Positions 1 to 10,398 of a stretch of 64,000 nt of DNA are shown piece by piece (the stretch's first letter is position 1; each line of letters begins with the position of its first letter). The stretch lies in assembly GCA_965221125.1 (NCBI GenBank), contig CBDCRW010000004.1:896001-960000 (forward strand), in the 5' to 3' direction. A model generated the notes under the pieces. That model had not been told where the DNA came from. It was given only the letters and a program-made list of their open reading frames with translations, and searched no databases. Source of the DNA: Alphaproteobacteria bacterium. Its GTDB lineage: Bacteria > Pseudomonadota > Alphaproteobacteria > UBA828. The position numbers and the translations under genes were made by a program.

Positions 1-57
1 ACCCGCCGGATGCCGCGTAAAGCGCGACGCTCTTACACCACTCCTCGGGACACGATC
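1..57 (+). mobile_element. Right (3') end of an IS256-family element, cut by the window edge
   Basis: 1-57 is the exact reverse complement of 49446-49502, the terminus of the complete IS256 copy; ends in GGGACACGATC. Confidence 0.9.
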
Positions 58-441
58 GTGACAGACGAGAAGGCCGCCCTGCACGCGCCCGCCCACGTCT
101 GGTCCCAGGGAAGAGCCCAGGTGAGGACATACCGACCGGGCGACGCAAATGGCTCCCTCGTCGTCGCACCAGACAACGATTTCCTGACCGAGCCACTGCT
201 TCTGTATCAGCGTCCGCTTCACAATGGAGCGACGGTCAGCAACGAAATACCACCCCTCGGGAAACGGATGGAGAGCCGGCTCAGCGCCGACCACGTCGCC
301 CTTGTCGGCCGGGTCGTGCCAAGCGTCTTGCAGGACATGAAGCTTTTGCATGGCAGGCTCGGTCAGGCCGGAATGCGGGTCGGCACGGGTTCACTGAACG
401 CAAACCCAACCCATGTCGTGCCGGACTATTGTGAGACCTAA
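58..441 (+). pseudogene. Possible 3' remnant of a hypothetical gene interrupted by the IS256 copy
   Basis: Frame stays open from the IS end to TAA at 441; no recognisable motif. Confidence 0.3.
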
Positions 442-718
442 GCAAGCCTGTAGCCAAGGCAAGGGGAATTTTCAATCGGAATCGTACGCTATCGCGGCCC
501 ATGCCGCTCAAGTCCGAGAGGTGCCGACATTGTCTGATGTCCGGGAGCTTACGCCTGCGCGCTGAAACCGTTGGCGTCCACGCGGCCCGCGACTTGCCGG
601 CTGCTGTTGGACCGCCGGCGGTGCATCGGTTATGAGAGGCGCAGCGACGGGAACGCAAACCCGCTCCGGACGTGGACGTTCAGCGCTCCAACGGGCCGGC
701 GCGGCAAGGGAGAACACG

Positions 719-1363
719 ATGGAAGTTATCGCTGATCCGATCACTGTGAATTGCCGCAAGGTCCTCGCCGGCCTCAAGCTGATCGGCGCCGACTACACGC
801 TGACCAAGGTCGACTATTTCGCGGGCGAGCAGAAGGGCGAGGCGGTCGTGGCGCTCAATCCGAATGCCGCGATCCCGGTGCTGCGCGATGGCGACCTGGT
901 CCTCTGGGAATCGAACGCGATGCTGCAGTACGCCGCCGACAAGACGGGCAACGCGTCCGCTTACCCCACCGACCTCAAGGCTAGGGCAGACGTGAACCGC
1001 TGGCTGCTCTGGGAGTGCGGCGCCTGGTTCCCGACCTGCTACATCCATCTGGTCGAGAACTGCGTGAAGCCGCTTCTGGGCGCCGAGACGGACCAGGCCG
1101 TGCTCGACGGCGAGGCGCCGAACTTCCACAAGCTGGCTGGCATCATGGATGCACGCCTGGGCGAGAGCGCCTACCTCTGCGGCGATCAGCCGACCATCGC
1201 CGACGTCGCGTTGGCGGCGCCCATGCACCTCCACGCCTGGGCGAAACTGCCGCTCGACGACCACGCCAACGTCCGGCGCTGGATGACGGAGGGGATCGAG
1301 ACGCAGCCCTGGTGGAAGGCCACGCATGTGGGCGAGGGCTTCGTAGCCTCCGAGGCGGCCTGA
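719..1363 (+). CDS. Glutathione S-transferase family protein
   Basis: LNPNAAIPVL..D..LWESNAMLQY N-domain; YLCGDQPTIAD C-domain motif; RBS AAGGGAG before ATG 719. Confidence 0.9.
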   Translation: MEVIADPITVNCRKVLAGLKLIGADYTLTKVDYFAGEQKGEAVVALNPNAAIPVLRDGDLVLWESNAMLQYAADKTGNASAYPTDLKARADVNRWLLWECGAWFPTCYIHLVENCVKPLLGAETDQAVLDGEAPNFHKLAGIMDARLGESAYLCGDQPTIADVALAAPMHLHAWAKLPLDDHANVRRWMTEGIETQPWWKATHVGEGFVASEAA

Positions 1364-1421
1364 ACACGGCAGCGCGCAATCCCGGCTCCGCTGAACGCTT
1401 CGGAGCCGGACGGAGGCTAGG

Positions 1422-2189
1422 TTGGCCGAGAAGGACCTTTCCGGGCGCGTCGCCCTGGTGACAGGCGGCTCGCGCGGCATCGGCCGCGCGATCTGCCGGC
1501 GGTTGGCGCGAGCGGGCGCATGGGTGGCGATCAACTACGCGACCAACGAGGAGGCCGCGGCGGAAACGCTGGCGCAGGTCAGGGCCGAGGGCGGCGAGGG
1601 CGGCGTCTACGGGGCCGATGTCTCGTCCTTCGAGGCGACCGACGAAATGTTCGGACGCATTGAGGCCGACCGGGGCGCCGTCGACCTCCTCGTCACCAAC
1701 GCCGGCATCGCCTCGTTCGAGGACGATGTCGACATGCCGGTCGACCTCTGGCGGCGCATCCTCTCGGTCAACCTGGACGGCACCTTTCACTGCGTGTGGC
1801 GCGCCAAGGCGGGCATGCAGGCGCAGGGCGACGGGCGCATCGTCTGCATCTCCTCGATCAACGGCCTGGCCCCGACCGTGATCCAGCGGGACAGGCTGAT
1901 CGCCTACGGCACGTCGAAGTCCGCCATCATCGGCTTCTCGCGCAACTGCGCGGTCGCGTTCGGGCCGGCCATCCGTGTCAACTGCGTGGCGCCTGGCCTG
2001 ACCGACACGGATTTGACGAGCGAGATGAGCGACGAGGTGCGCGCGCGCATCATCGCGAACACCCCCGCGGGCCGGACCGGCAAACCCGAGGATATTGCCG
2101 AACTCACCTACTTCCTGCTGAGCGACGCGGCAGGCTTCATCACGGGCCAGACCTACGTCGCCTCCGGCGGCCTGGTCACGCTGCCCTGA
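1422..2189 (+). CDS. SDR family oxidoreductase (FabG-like)
   Basis: TGGSRGIG, TNAG, YGTSK, NCVAPG, FITGQ; TTG start preceded by GGAGG. Confidence 0.9.
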   Translation: MAEKDLSGRVALVTGGSRGIGRAICRRLARAGAWVAINYATNEEAAAETLAQVRAEGGEGGVYGADVSSFEATDEMFGRIEADRGAVDLLVTNAGIASFEDDVDMPVDLWRRILSVNLDGTFHCVWRAKAGMQAQGDGRIVCISSINGLAPTVIQRDRLIAYGTSKSAIIGFSRNCAVAFGPAIRVNCVAPGLTDTDLTSEMSDEVRARIIANTPAGRTGKPEDIAELTYFLLSDAAGFITGQTYVASGGLVTLP

Positions 2190-2295
2190 CGGGCCGGGGA
2201 GTTCGGAACGGCGGGCACCGAAGGATGGCCGAGGATGCCTTGACGGGGTCATCCGGTTTACCGCACCCTCACGAGCGATCCCCGCAGGAGACGCG

Positions 2296-3360
2296 ATGAT
2301 GGATGCGGTGCGGAGCTTCCTCGATTCGACCGATCTCATGGGCAACGGCCCGGCGCTCGCCGAGCGGCTCCGGCGCGACGGTTACCTCTTCCTGCGCGGG
2401 CTGCTGCCACGCGAGGCCGTGCTGGAGGTCCGCCTCCGTCTCCTGGAGAAGGCGGCGGCCGGGGGCTGGCTCGACCCGGAGCGTCCCCCCGAGGACGGCA
2501 TCGCCAACCCCGCTGCGGCCTGCAAGGACCCCGAGGAACGCTACATGCAGGTGTTCCGCGGCATATGGGCCGACGAGGCGCTGCACCGGCTGAGGACCCA
2601 TCCGCGCGTGCTCGCGCTCTTCGACGGGATGTTCGGCGAGCCGGCGCTCGCGCATCCGATGTTCGTGCAACGCAACATCTTCCCGCAGAGCGAGAGCTTC
2701 GATTTCACCACCGGCGAGCATCAGGACAAGGTCCACATCGGCGGCGCCACCAGCCACGCCATGTGGGTCCCGCTCGGCGATTGCCCGCGGGAGAAGGGCG
2801 CGTTGGCCGTGGCGGCCGGCTCGCACCGGGCGGGCGTGCTCGAGACCAAGGTGGGCGGCGGCGCTGGCGGCATGGACATCTGCGTGCCAATCCCCGGCGA
2901 ATGGGTCAGCGGCTCCTTCGAGGCGGGCGACGTGCTGATCTTCTCCGACACCACCGTGCATCGCGCGCTGCCCAACCGCTCGACCCAGCTACGGCAGTCC
3001 TTCGATGCCCGCTACCAGCCGGCAAGCCAACCCGTCGCCGAGACCAACATGGGCCCCTACTCTGGTTGTGGCACGTGGGAGGAGGTCTACGCGGGATGGT
3101 CCTCCGACGATCAGAAATACTACTGGGAGGCGCTCTCCCCCACCGTCGTGCCCTTCGACCGCAGCTACTACGAACGGCGCGACCGGATGGCCTTCGCCAT
3201 GGCCGAGAGCGGCGACGTGGAGGCGCGCGACACGCTGCTGCGTATCGCGCAGCGCGATCCCGACGCGGCGAAGCGTGAGCGCGCGGAAGAACTGCTGCGC
3301 CAGCTCGATACGGGAGCGGCCCCGGTGCAGGGCAGCGAGACCCTCAGCGCATCGGCCTGA
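2296..3360 (+). CDS. PhyH-family Fe(II)/2-oxoglutarate dioxygenase
   Basis: RDGYLFLRGLL, HQD, WVPLGD, GSH, GDVLIFS..TVHRA. Confidence 0.85.
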   Translation: MMDAVRSFLDSTDLMGNGPALAERLRRDGYLFLRGLLPREAVLEVRLRLLEKAAAGGWLDPERPPEDGIANPAAACKDPEERYMQVFRGIWADEALHRLRTHPRVLALFDGMFGEPALAHPMFVQRNIFPQSESFDFTTGEHQDKVHIGGATSHAMWVPLGDCPREKGALAVAAGSHRAGVLETKVGGGAGGMDICVPIPGEWVSGSFEAGDVLIFSDTTVHRALPNRSTQLRQSFDARYQPASQPVAETNMGPYSGCGTWEEVYAGWSSDDQKYYWEALSPTVVPFDRSYYERRDRMAFAMAESGDVEARDTLLRIAQRDPDAAKRERAEELLRQLDTGAAPVQGSETLSASA

Positions 3361-3381
3361 ACGTCAGTCGCCAACGCCCGC

Positions 3382-4293
3382 TCAGACGACGCGTTTTCTG
3401 GGATCGACCACCAGCCGCAGCCCGTCGCCGATCCAGGCGAACGCGAGCGCGACGATGATGATCGCGACCCCCGGCAGCAGCGAGATGTGGGGCGAGGAGT
3501 CGAGCACCGGCGCGCCGTCGGCGGTCATGATGCCCCAGTCGGCCGTCGGCGGCTGGATGCCGATCCCGAGGAAGCTGAAGCCCGCGCCGATAACGATCAT
3601 CGCCCCCACGATCGTCGTCGAATAGACGAGAAGGGAGCCGAGCACGTTCGGCAGAACCTCGCGGGACATGATCTGCAGCGTGCTGCTGCCGCTCACCCGC
3701 GCCGCCGTCACGAACGGCTTTTGGCGCATGAGCGAGGTCTCGGTGTAAACCAGCCTCGCCATGAAGGGCAGCTCGATGATGACGATTGCCAGCATGACGT
3801 TCATCATGCCGTCGCCCAGCACGCTGACGATCGCGAGCCCCAGCAGCACCATCGGGAAGGCGAGGAAGACGTCCAGCAGGCGCATGATGCCTTCGCCCAC
3901 CCAGCCCAGGTGGTAGCCGGCGATCACGCCGAGCGGCACGCTGATGACGAAGGCGAGAACCGTCGGCACGATACCGATGAGGAGCGACATCCTGGCGCCC
4001 CACATGAGGCGGGTCAGGATGTCGCGCCCCTGCCCGTCGGTGCCGAGGATGTGCCCGTCCACCAGCGGAGGCAGCAGGCGGTCGGCGCCGACGCCCGCGG
4101 TCGGCAAGTAGGGGCTGATCCACGGCGCGAAAATGGCGATCAGCCCGACGAGAACAACGATGGCGAGACCGACGACTGCGAGGCGCTCGGACGCGTACGC
4201 GCGCCATGCCTGGCGCGCGCCGTCGCGCCACGAGGGCTCTCCGGCCGGCGCCTTCGGCGGCGCGTCAGTGACCAGTGCATGGAGCCATTTCAT
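3382..4293 (-). CDS. Dipeptide/oligopeptide ABC transporter permease (DppC/OppC-like)
   Basis: HILGTDGQGRDILTRL, EAA-like loop FVTAARVSG, FSFLGIG.QPPTADWG. Confidence 0.92.
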   Translation of the reverse strand: MKWLHALVTDAPPKAPAGEPSWRDGARQAWRAYASERLAVVGLAIVVLVGLIAIFAPWISPYLPTAGVGADRLLPPLVDGHILGTDGQGRDILTRLMWGARMSLLIGIVPTVLAFVISVPLGVIAGYHLGWVGEGIMRLLDVFLAFPMVLLGLAIVSVLGDGMMNVMLAIVIIELPFMARLVYTETSLMRQKPFVTAARVSGSSTLQIMSREVLPNVLGSLLVYSTTIVGAMIVIGAGFSFLGIGIQPPTADWGIMTADGAPVLDSSPHISLLPGVAIIIVALAFAWIGDGLRLVVDPRKRVV

Positions 4294-4308
4294 CGACAGG
4301 CCCCGCCG

Positions 4309-5265
4309 TCACATCGTTTCCCGCCGCCTCGGGTCGAGGCTGGCGGTGGCCACGTCGGCGGCGAGATTGGCGAGGACGAAGAGCGCGCCGACGACGAGAA
4401 TCCCGCCGAGTGCCACGGGGATGTCCCGCGCGGAGACGGCGTCGTAGATCAGGCGCCCGATGCCGGGCCAGCTGAAGATGACCTCCGTGAAGATGGCGCC
4501 GCTGAACAGCCAGCCGATCTGCAGGCCGGACACGTTGACCGTGATGGGCAGAATGTTCCGCATTGCATGGCGCCAGATTCGCCTGCGCATGGGAATACCG
4601 CGTGCCACCAGGGCCTGCATGAACGGCGCCTCGAGTGTCTCCAGCAGCGACGCCCGAATGACGCGCGCCAGGATCGTCGTGGAGATGGAGGCCGTGGTGA
4701 TCGCCGGCAGCACGAGGTGAACCAGGATCGACAGCGTTCGGTTGCTGTCGTGGAAGGAATACATGCGGCTCGCGGGCAGGACATCGAGAACCAGCGCGAA
4801 CAGGTAGATGAGCAAGAGGCCGAACCAGAAGATCGGCACCATGCCGAGCACGATGATGATGCCCATGCCGATGCGGTCGAACAGGCTACGCTCTCTCAGC
4901 GCAGCAACGATGCCGAGCGGGATGCCGACGCTGAACATGACGACGGCGCTGCCGACGAGCAGGATGATGGAGTTCAGCGCCTTGTCGAGAATGAGCCTGG
5001 AAACGGGCTGGTCGAAGCGGGCGGATTGCCCCAGGTCGCCCTGCAGCAGGTCTCCAAGCCACACGAAGTACTGGATGTAGGCGGGGCGATCGAGGCCGAG
5101 ATAGCTCCGCATCCTGGCGACCGCTTCGGGGTTGCCGGCCTGGCTTCCCAGCAGGCTGATCGCCGCGTCTCCCGGCAACGCCTGAAACAGGATGAAGATG
5201 AGGACGGTGACGCCCCAGAGGGTGAAGAGCGCCAGCACCGTTCGCTTTGCCAGGAATCGAACCAA
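4309..5265 (-). CDS. Dipeptide/oligopeptide ABC transporter permease (DppB/OppB-like)
   Basis: LGLDRP...QY..WL..LLQGDLG; HLVLPA; RHAMRN; EVIFSWPGIG. Confidence 0.92.
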   Translation of the reverse strand: MVRFLAKRTVLALFTLWGVTVLIFILFQALPGDAAISLLGSQAGNPEAVARMRSYLGLDRPAYIQYFVWLGDLLQGDLGQSARFDQPVSRLILDKALNSIILLVGSAVVMFSVGIPLGIVAALRERSLFDRIGMGIIIVLGMVPIFWFGLLLIYLFALVLDVLPASRMYSFHDSNRTLSILVHLVLPAITTASISTTILARVIRASLLETLEAPFMQALVARGIPMRRRIWRHAMRNILPITVNVSGLQIGWLFSGAIFTEVIFSWPGIGRLIYDAVSARDIPVALGGILVVGALFVLANLAADVATASLDPRRRETM

Positions 5266-5438
5266 GACGGTTCCCTCTGCGGGGCCGTGCCGGAACCAGG
5301 AGAGTGCCGCGTCGCCGCTCCCCGAAGGAAGGGCGCGGGTCGAGCCGGTCCGCCCGATGGCGATCGATGGCCTCAGGTTCGCCGGCTCGACCCGCTGCTA
5401 CGTCACCTCTCCTTGGCTTCCGCGTCTCGCCTGTGCGC

Positions 5439-7055
5439 TCAGCAGTCGCCCAGCCACGTCCGCGCGACGAAGCCCGTCTGCCAGTCCGACACGTGCGGGT
5501 AGTCGCGCACGCACGGGCTGAGCACGATGGGCGCCGTATCGTTGACGATGGGCATGAACCAGCCGGACGCCTCCACCTGCTCGGCGATGGCGTGATAGGC
5601 CTCGTTGGCGGCCGCCGGATCGGTCATCTGGTGGGCCGCGGTGATGGCATCGCCAACGCCCACGTCCATCATCCCGTCGGGCTGGTTGCCGGGGTTGAGG
5701 AACATGTCCAGCCAGTAGGCGGCCGTCCACCCCCAGGACATCTGGACCAGCGACCAGTTCGGATCGAAGCCCTCGAAGAACTTGGCGATGTAGGCGTTCC
5801 ACTCCATCAGCTGGATCTCGGCGTCGAAGCCCGCATCGTTGAGGTTGCGCTGGATCCACTCGGCCATCTTCGCCGGCTGCATCTGGCCGGAGCCGCTGGT
5901 GGACGTGGCGAAGACGATCTTGGTGCCGATGGCGCCGGCCTCCTCCAGCAGCGCCCGCGCCTTGGCGGGATCGTAGGCGTGCCAGCGGTCGCCCTCCTTG
6001 TAGGCCTCCGAGGTCCGGCTGAGCCAGCTCTCGCCCGGCAGTGCGGTGCCCTGGAGCAGCTGATTCGCCATCCCCTCGCGATCGATCGCGTGATGGACCG
6101 CCATGCGCACCCGCTCGTCAGCGAAGGCCTCTTCATGTTCGTTGAACGACACGGTCCAGATGTGGGGCATCGTCCCCTTGGAGATGATGAAGCCTTCCTC
6201 CACCAGCTTGGGCAGGCTGTCCGGGTCCGGCGCAATCACGATATGCGCCTCGCCGGCCCTGAGCGCCGCCTGGCGTGCCGCGACGTCGGGCATCACCAGA
6301 ATGATGAGCCGGTCGACCAGGGCGCGCCACTCCTCCTTCCAGTAGTCGTCGAAGCGCTCGAGCACCATGAAGTCGCCCGGCACGCGCTCCACGAACTTGA
6401 ACGGGCCGGTGCCGATCATGTTCGCCTGAACGCCGTCGTTCCCGTACTTCTCGACCGATTCGGGGCTGATGATCCCCATGGGCCCGCAGTCGGTCTGCGT
6501 GAACATCCGCAGGAACGGATTGAACGGGTGCGAGAGATGGAAGTTCACGGTGAGGTCATCCACCGCCTCGACGTAATCGAGGCCGGCGATGTCCCACCGC
6601 CATCCGGCCGCCGCTGCCGCAGCCTCGTAGAAGTGGGGGGCGTTCTCGCGGCCCACGGTGGTCTGATCGAACTGCCTGTAGACGTTGAACACCACGTCAT
6701 CGGCGGTGAAGTCGGTGCCGTCGTGGAACTTCACGCCCTCCTGGAGATAGAAGGTGTAGACCTTGCCGTCCTCGGACACCTCCCAGGACTTGGCCAGCCC
6801 CGGAACGAGCGGCGGCGGAATACTCGCCTCGTCGAGCATGTCCTGCTGCACCAGGGGCTCGGCAATGTGATTCATCACCCAGCGCGCGCTGCTGGTGGCG
6901 CAGGTGATGTGGGGGTCGAGTTCGCCCAGCTCGGCCTCGTTCGCGGCGATCAGCGTACCGCCCTCCCTGGGCTCCTCCGCCACGGCGATTCCCGCCAGAG
7001 CGATAGCAGATACGGCGCCGAGCGCCGTTGCGCCTAGTTTATTGAGTAACGACAT
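5439..7055 (-). CDS. ABC transporter substrate-binding protein, family 5
   Basis: Signal peptide, PGLAKSW.VSEDG..YTF.L..GVKFHDG, GTGPFK; RBS GGAGG before ATG 7055. Confidence 0.92.
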   Translation of the reverse strand: MSLLNKLGATALGAVSAIALAGIAVAEEPREGGTLIAANEAELGELDPHITCATSSARWVMNHIAEPLVQQDMLDEASIPPPLVPGLAKSWEVSEDGKVYTFYLQEGVKFHDGTDFTADDVVFNVYRQFDQTTVGRENAPHFYEAAAAAAGWRWDIAGLDYVEAVDDLTVNFHLSHPFNPFLRMFTQTDCGPMGIISPESVEKYGNDGVQANMIGTGPFKFVERVPGDFMVLERFDDYWKEEWRALVDRLIILVMPDVAARQAALRAGEAHIVIAPDPDSLPKLVEEGFIISKGTMPHIWTVSFNEHEEAFADERVRMAVHHAIDREGMANQLLQGTALPGESWLSRTSEAYKEGDRWHAYDPAKARALLEEAGAIGTKIVFATSTSGSGQMQPAKMAEWIQRNLNDAGFDAEIQLMEWNAYIAKFFEGFDPNWSLVQMSWGWTAAYWLDMFLNPGNQPDGMMDVGVGDAITAAHQMTDPAAANEAYHAIAEQVEASGWFMPIVNDTAPIVLSPCVRDYPHVSDWQTGFVARTWLGDC

Positions 7056-7095
7056 TTTCCTTACCTCCCTTGTTTGTGGCTTGTGGCCTTGAAAG

Positions 7096-7932
7096 CTATT
7101 TTGTTTTGCCGATGGCTTTTCCTTCGCCTTCTTCGGACTGTTCCATTGTCCAAACGGATGAGGCAACCAACTCCTTCGTGTGTTCGTGTCGCGGATCCAG
7201 AATTACTTGATCGCAATCGCCGAACTCGACCAGCTTGCCGCCGTGCATGACGGCGACGCGGTCGCTCAGGTAGTAGACCACGTCAAGGTTGTGCGCGATG
7301 AACAGGTAAGTCAAGTTGAGCCTGGCCTGGAGATCCTTCAGCAGATTGATGATCTGGGCCTGGATGGTGACGTCGAGGGCCGAGACCGGCTCGTCCAGCA
7401 CGATGAATTTGGGGTGGCCCGCGAGCGCGCGGGCGATGGCGAGTCTCTGCGCCTGACCGCCGCTGAACTGATGCGGATAGCGGTTATGGTGCGATGGATT
7501 CAGCCCCACGATGTCCAGAAGTTCGATCACTCTTTCCCGCCGACGCTCCTTGTCCCATCCCAAGTTGACCAGCGGTAATTCGATGGATTTTCCCACTCGT
7601 ATCTGGGGATTCAAAGACGCCAGAGGGTCCTGAAAGATCAACTGCGTTTCCATCGTAAACTGGCGTCGAAACTTCGCGTCCGCCGAATAAATGTCCTCGC
7701 CTTCGAACACGACCTCGCCCGACGTGGGCTCGATCAGCCCCAGCATCATCATGCCGAGCGTCGTCTTGCCGGCGCCCGACTGGCCGACCAGCGCGAGGGT
7801 CTCGCCTTCGTGCACGGCGATGGACACGTCGTCGACCGCGTGGAGCAGGCCCACCTGCCGCGGGAACAGAAGCCCCTCCTTGATCGGGATGTCGCGGCAG
7901 ACGTTGCGCGTCTCGATGATGGTTCGGGACAT
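7096..7932 (-). CDS. ABC transporter ATP-binding protein (DppF/OppF-like)
   Basis: Walker A GQSGAGKT, YPHQFSGGQAQR, Walker B VLDEP. Confidence 0.92.
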   Translation of the reverse strand: MSRTIIETRNVCRDIPIKEGLLFPRQVGLLHAVDDVSIAVHEGETLALVGQSGAGKTTLGMMMLGLIEPTSGEVVFEGEDIYSADAKFRRQFTMETQLIFQDPLASLNPQIRVGKSIELPLVNLGWDKERRRERVIELLDIVGLNPSHHNRYPHQFSGGQAQRLAIARALAGHPKFIVLDEPVSALDVTIQAQIINLLKDLQARLNLTYLFIAHNLDVVYYLSDRVAVMHGGKLVEFGDCDQVILDPRHEHTKELVASSVWTMEQSEEGEGKAIGKTK

Positions 7933-7939
7933 CGTCGGC

Positions 7940-8986
7940 CTATCCCGGCGCCGCCGGGCGGTGCGCCGCTGTCGGCGCATCGCCCCTCAGGTGACAGCGC
8001 GCCAACCGATCTGGCGCGACGGGCAGGAGTTCCGGCTCGACTCCGTCGCAATGGGGCACCCGCTCGGCGCAGCGGGGCGCGAAGCGGCAGCCCGGCGGCA
8101 TCGCGGCGGGGTCCGGGGGCTGGCCGTCAAGCTGCTGCAGGCGCCGCGAGCGCCGACCCACCTTCGGCACGGAGTTCATGAGGCCGAGGGTGTAGGGATG
8201 CTGCGGCGCGGAGAGAACGTCGCCGACCGTTCCCTCCTCGACGATCCTGCCCGCGTACATGACGCCCACGCGGTCGGCCATCCGCTCCACCACGCCGATG
8301 TCGTGGGTAATCAGGATGACCGCCATGTCCAGCTCCTCGGTGACCTCGGTCAGGAGGTCGAGAAGGTCGGATTGCACCTTGGCGTCGAGCGCGCTGGTCG
8401 GCTCGTCGGCGATCAGCAGCTTGGGCCGGCAGAGCAGCGCCATCGCGATCATCACGCGCTGGCACTCGCCGCCGCTCAACTGATGCGGGTACGACTTCGC
8501 GATCCGATCGATCTGGGAGACGTGGGCGGCGGCCAGATGCTCCCGTGCCGTCTCGTGCGCTTCGCGTCGGCCGAGCCCCATCTGCACGGCCGCGGTCTCC
8601 GCCACCTGGTCGCCGATCCGGAAATAGGGGTCGAGGGCCGCCCGCGGGTGCTGGAAGACCATGGTCACCTCGGGCCCGCGCACCCGTTCCATGGCCTTGT
8701 CGTCGAGATCGAGCAGGTTGACGCCGTTCAGCGTGACCTCGCCCGCGACGATCCGCCCCGGTGACGGGACCAGCCGGAGGATGGAGAGGCCGGTGGCGGA
8801 CTTGCCGGAGCCGGACTCGCCCACCAGGCAAACGGTCTGCCCGCGCGCGACATCGAGGTCGATGCCGTCGACCGCCCTCACCGTGTGCGACGAGAGCTCG
8901 AAATGGGTCGTGAGCCCGCGCACGCGCAGTACCGGCTGGGCGGCGGTGGCGCCCTTCGCCCTATCGCTTTCTGCGGACGTGCTCAT
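7940..8986 (-). CDS. ABC transporter ATP-binding protein (DppD/OppD-like)
   Basis: GESGSGKS, YPHQLSGG, IADEPT, HPYT, C-terminal GCRFAPRC. Confidence 0.92.
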   Translation of the reverse strand: MSTSAESDRAKGATAAQPVLRVRGLTTHFELSSHTVRAVDGIDLDVARGQTVCLVGESGSGKSATGLSILRLVPSPGRIVAGEVTLNGVNLLDLDDKAMERVRGPEVTMVFQHPRAALDPYFRIGDQVAETAAVQMGLGRREAHETAREHLAAAHVSQIDRIAKSYPHQLSGGECQRVMIAMALLCRPKLLIADEPTSALDAKVQSDLLDLLTEVTEELDMAVILITHDIGVVERMADRVGVMYAGRIVEEGTVGDVLSAPQHPYTLGLMNSVPKVGRRSRRLQQLDGQPPDPAAMPPGCRFAPRCAERVPHCDGVEPELLPVAPDRLARCHLRGDAPTAAHRPAAPG

Positions 8987-9097
8987 GACTCATGCACGGA
9001 GGATCGTCCTTGTGTCGTCTCGGACGGCCCACCACGATACGATGACGATACCGGGAAGAGCGATGGAAATAATCCGGGGCTCCAGGGAGTGCGCCAA

Positions 9098-10396
9098 TTG
9101 AGCCGCGCGGATACGAGCTCGCTTTCAGCCGAAGACCTTGACGCGCTGCGGCAGGAGCGCTGGCGCGCCCAGCGGGCCTACGTGATGCAACGCTCGCCCT
9201 TCTTCGCCCGGCTCTGGGCGGGCCAGCCGGTGCCGGAGCGGCTGGAGGATCTCCCCGCGCTCCCCTTCTGCGACAAGGGGATGCTGCGCGAGTCCCAGGC
9301 CGCGCACCCGCCCTTCGGCGACTACCTCGCGGCCACGCGCGAGTTCGTCATCCGCCTCCATCGCACCTCCGGCACCACCGGCCAGGCCATGAACATCGCC
9401 CAGACGCGCGCCGACGCGACGCAGACGGCGGAGGTCGGCGCACGCAGCTTCCAGGCCGCGGGGCTCACCACCGGCAAGCTCACGGTCCACTGCCTCAACT
9501 ACCAGATGTGGATGGGTGGCGTGAGCGACCACCTCGCCCTCGAGGCGGCAGGCGCCACCGTGATCCCCTTCGGCGTGGGCGACAGCGAGCTGCTGGTGCG
9601 CACGATCCTCGACCTCAAGGTCAGCGTGATTCACTGTACGCCCTCCTATCCCGCCGCCCTTGAGCGAACCATCGCGGAACATTTTTCCGGCCTCGCGCCG
9701 CGCGACCTCGGGCTCCAGCTCGCCCTCTTCGGCGGCGAGGCCGGGCTGGACAATCCGAGCTTTCGCGAACGCCTGGAGTCGACCTGGGGTTTCACCGCGC
9801 GCAACGCCAACTACGGCGTCTCCGACGTGTTCAGCAACTTCGCGAGCCAGTGCTGGGCCGACAACGACCTGCACTTCCTGGGTCACGACGTGCTTTATGC
9901 GGAGCTGATCGAGCCGGAGAGCGGCGATCCGGTGCCCTGGCGCGAGGGCGAGAGCGGCGAGCTGGTGCTGACCCATCTGGCCAGAGAGGCGCAGCCGCTG
10001 GTGCGCTTCCGCACCAACGACGTGATCGCGATCACCGGCGAGGGCCCGTGCGCCTGCGGGCGCGAGGCGACGCGCTTCCGGGTTCTCGGGCGCAGCGACG
10101 ACATGGTGGTGGTGCGGGGCATCAACGTGTTCCCCACCGCCGTCGGCGGCGTGATCGGCGGGTTCGAGGCGCTGTCCGGCGAGTTCTGCGTCCGCCTCAA
10201 GGGTGCCGGCCCCTACGACCGCCTGCCGGTGGAGGTGGAGCTTGTGGAGGGCGCCGAGGCCTCGGATGCCCTCGCCCGGCGCGTAGAGGAGACGATCAAG
10301 TCGAAGCTGCGGGCTTCGGCCGCCGTGACGCTGCTGCCTGCCGCCTCGATGCCGCGCACGGGAGGCAAGACCAAGCGCCTGATCCGAGAGGACTGA
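9098..10396 (+). CDS. Phenylacetate-CoA ligase (PaaK)-like AMP-forming ligase
   Basis: TSGTTG, NYGVSD, GELVLT, PLVRFRTND, GRSDDM..VRGINVFP; start inferred at TTG 9098 after AGGGAG. Confidence 0.85.
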   Translation: MSRADTSSLSAEDLDALRQERWRAQRAYVMQRSPFFARLWAGQPVPERLEDLPALPFCDKGMLRESQAAHPPFGDYLAATREFVIRLHRTSGTTGQAMNIAQTRADATQTAEVGARSFQAAGLTTGKLTVHCLNYQMWMGGVSDHLALEAAGATVIPFGVGDSELLVRTILDLKVSVIHCTPSYPAALERTIAEHFSGLAPRDLGLQLALFGGEAGLDNPSFRERLESTWGFTARNANYGVSDVFSNFASQCWADNDLHFLGHDVLYAELIEPESGDPVPWREGESGELVLTHLAREAQPLVRFRTNDVIAITGEGPCACGREATRFRVLGRSDDMVVVRGINVFPTAVGGVIGGFEALSGEFCVRLKGAGPYDRLPVEVELVEGAEASDALARRVEETIKSKLRASAAVTLLPAASMPRTGGKTKRLIRED

Positions 10397-10398
10397 CG

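Noticed and set aside
3487-7037. Long plus-strand ORFs (671 aa, 596 aa) over the ABC operon
   Set aside because: Antisense shadows of well-supported minus-strand genes, common in high-GC DNA; no motifs
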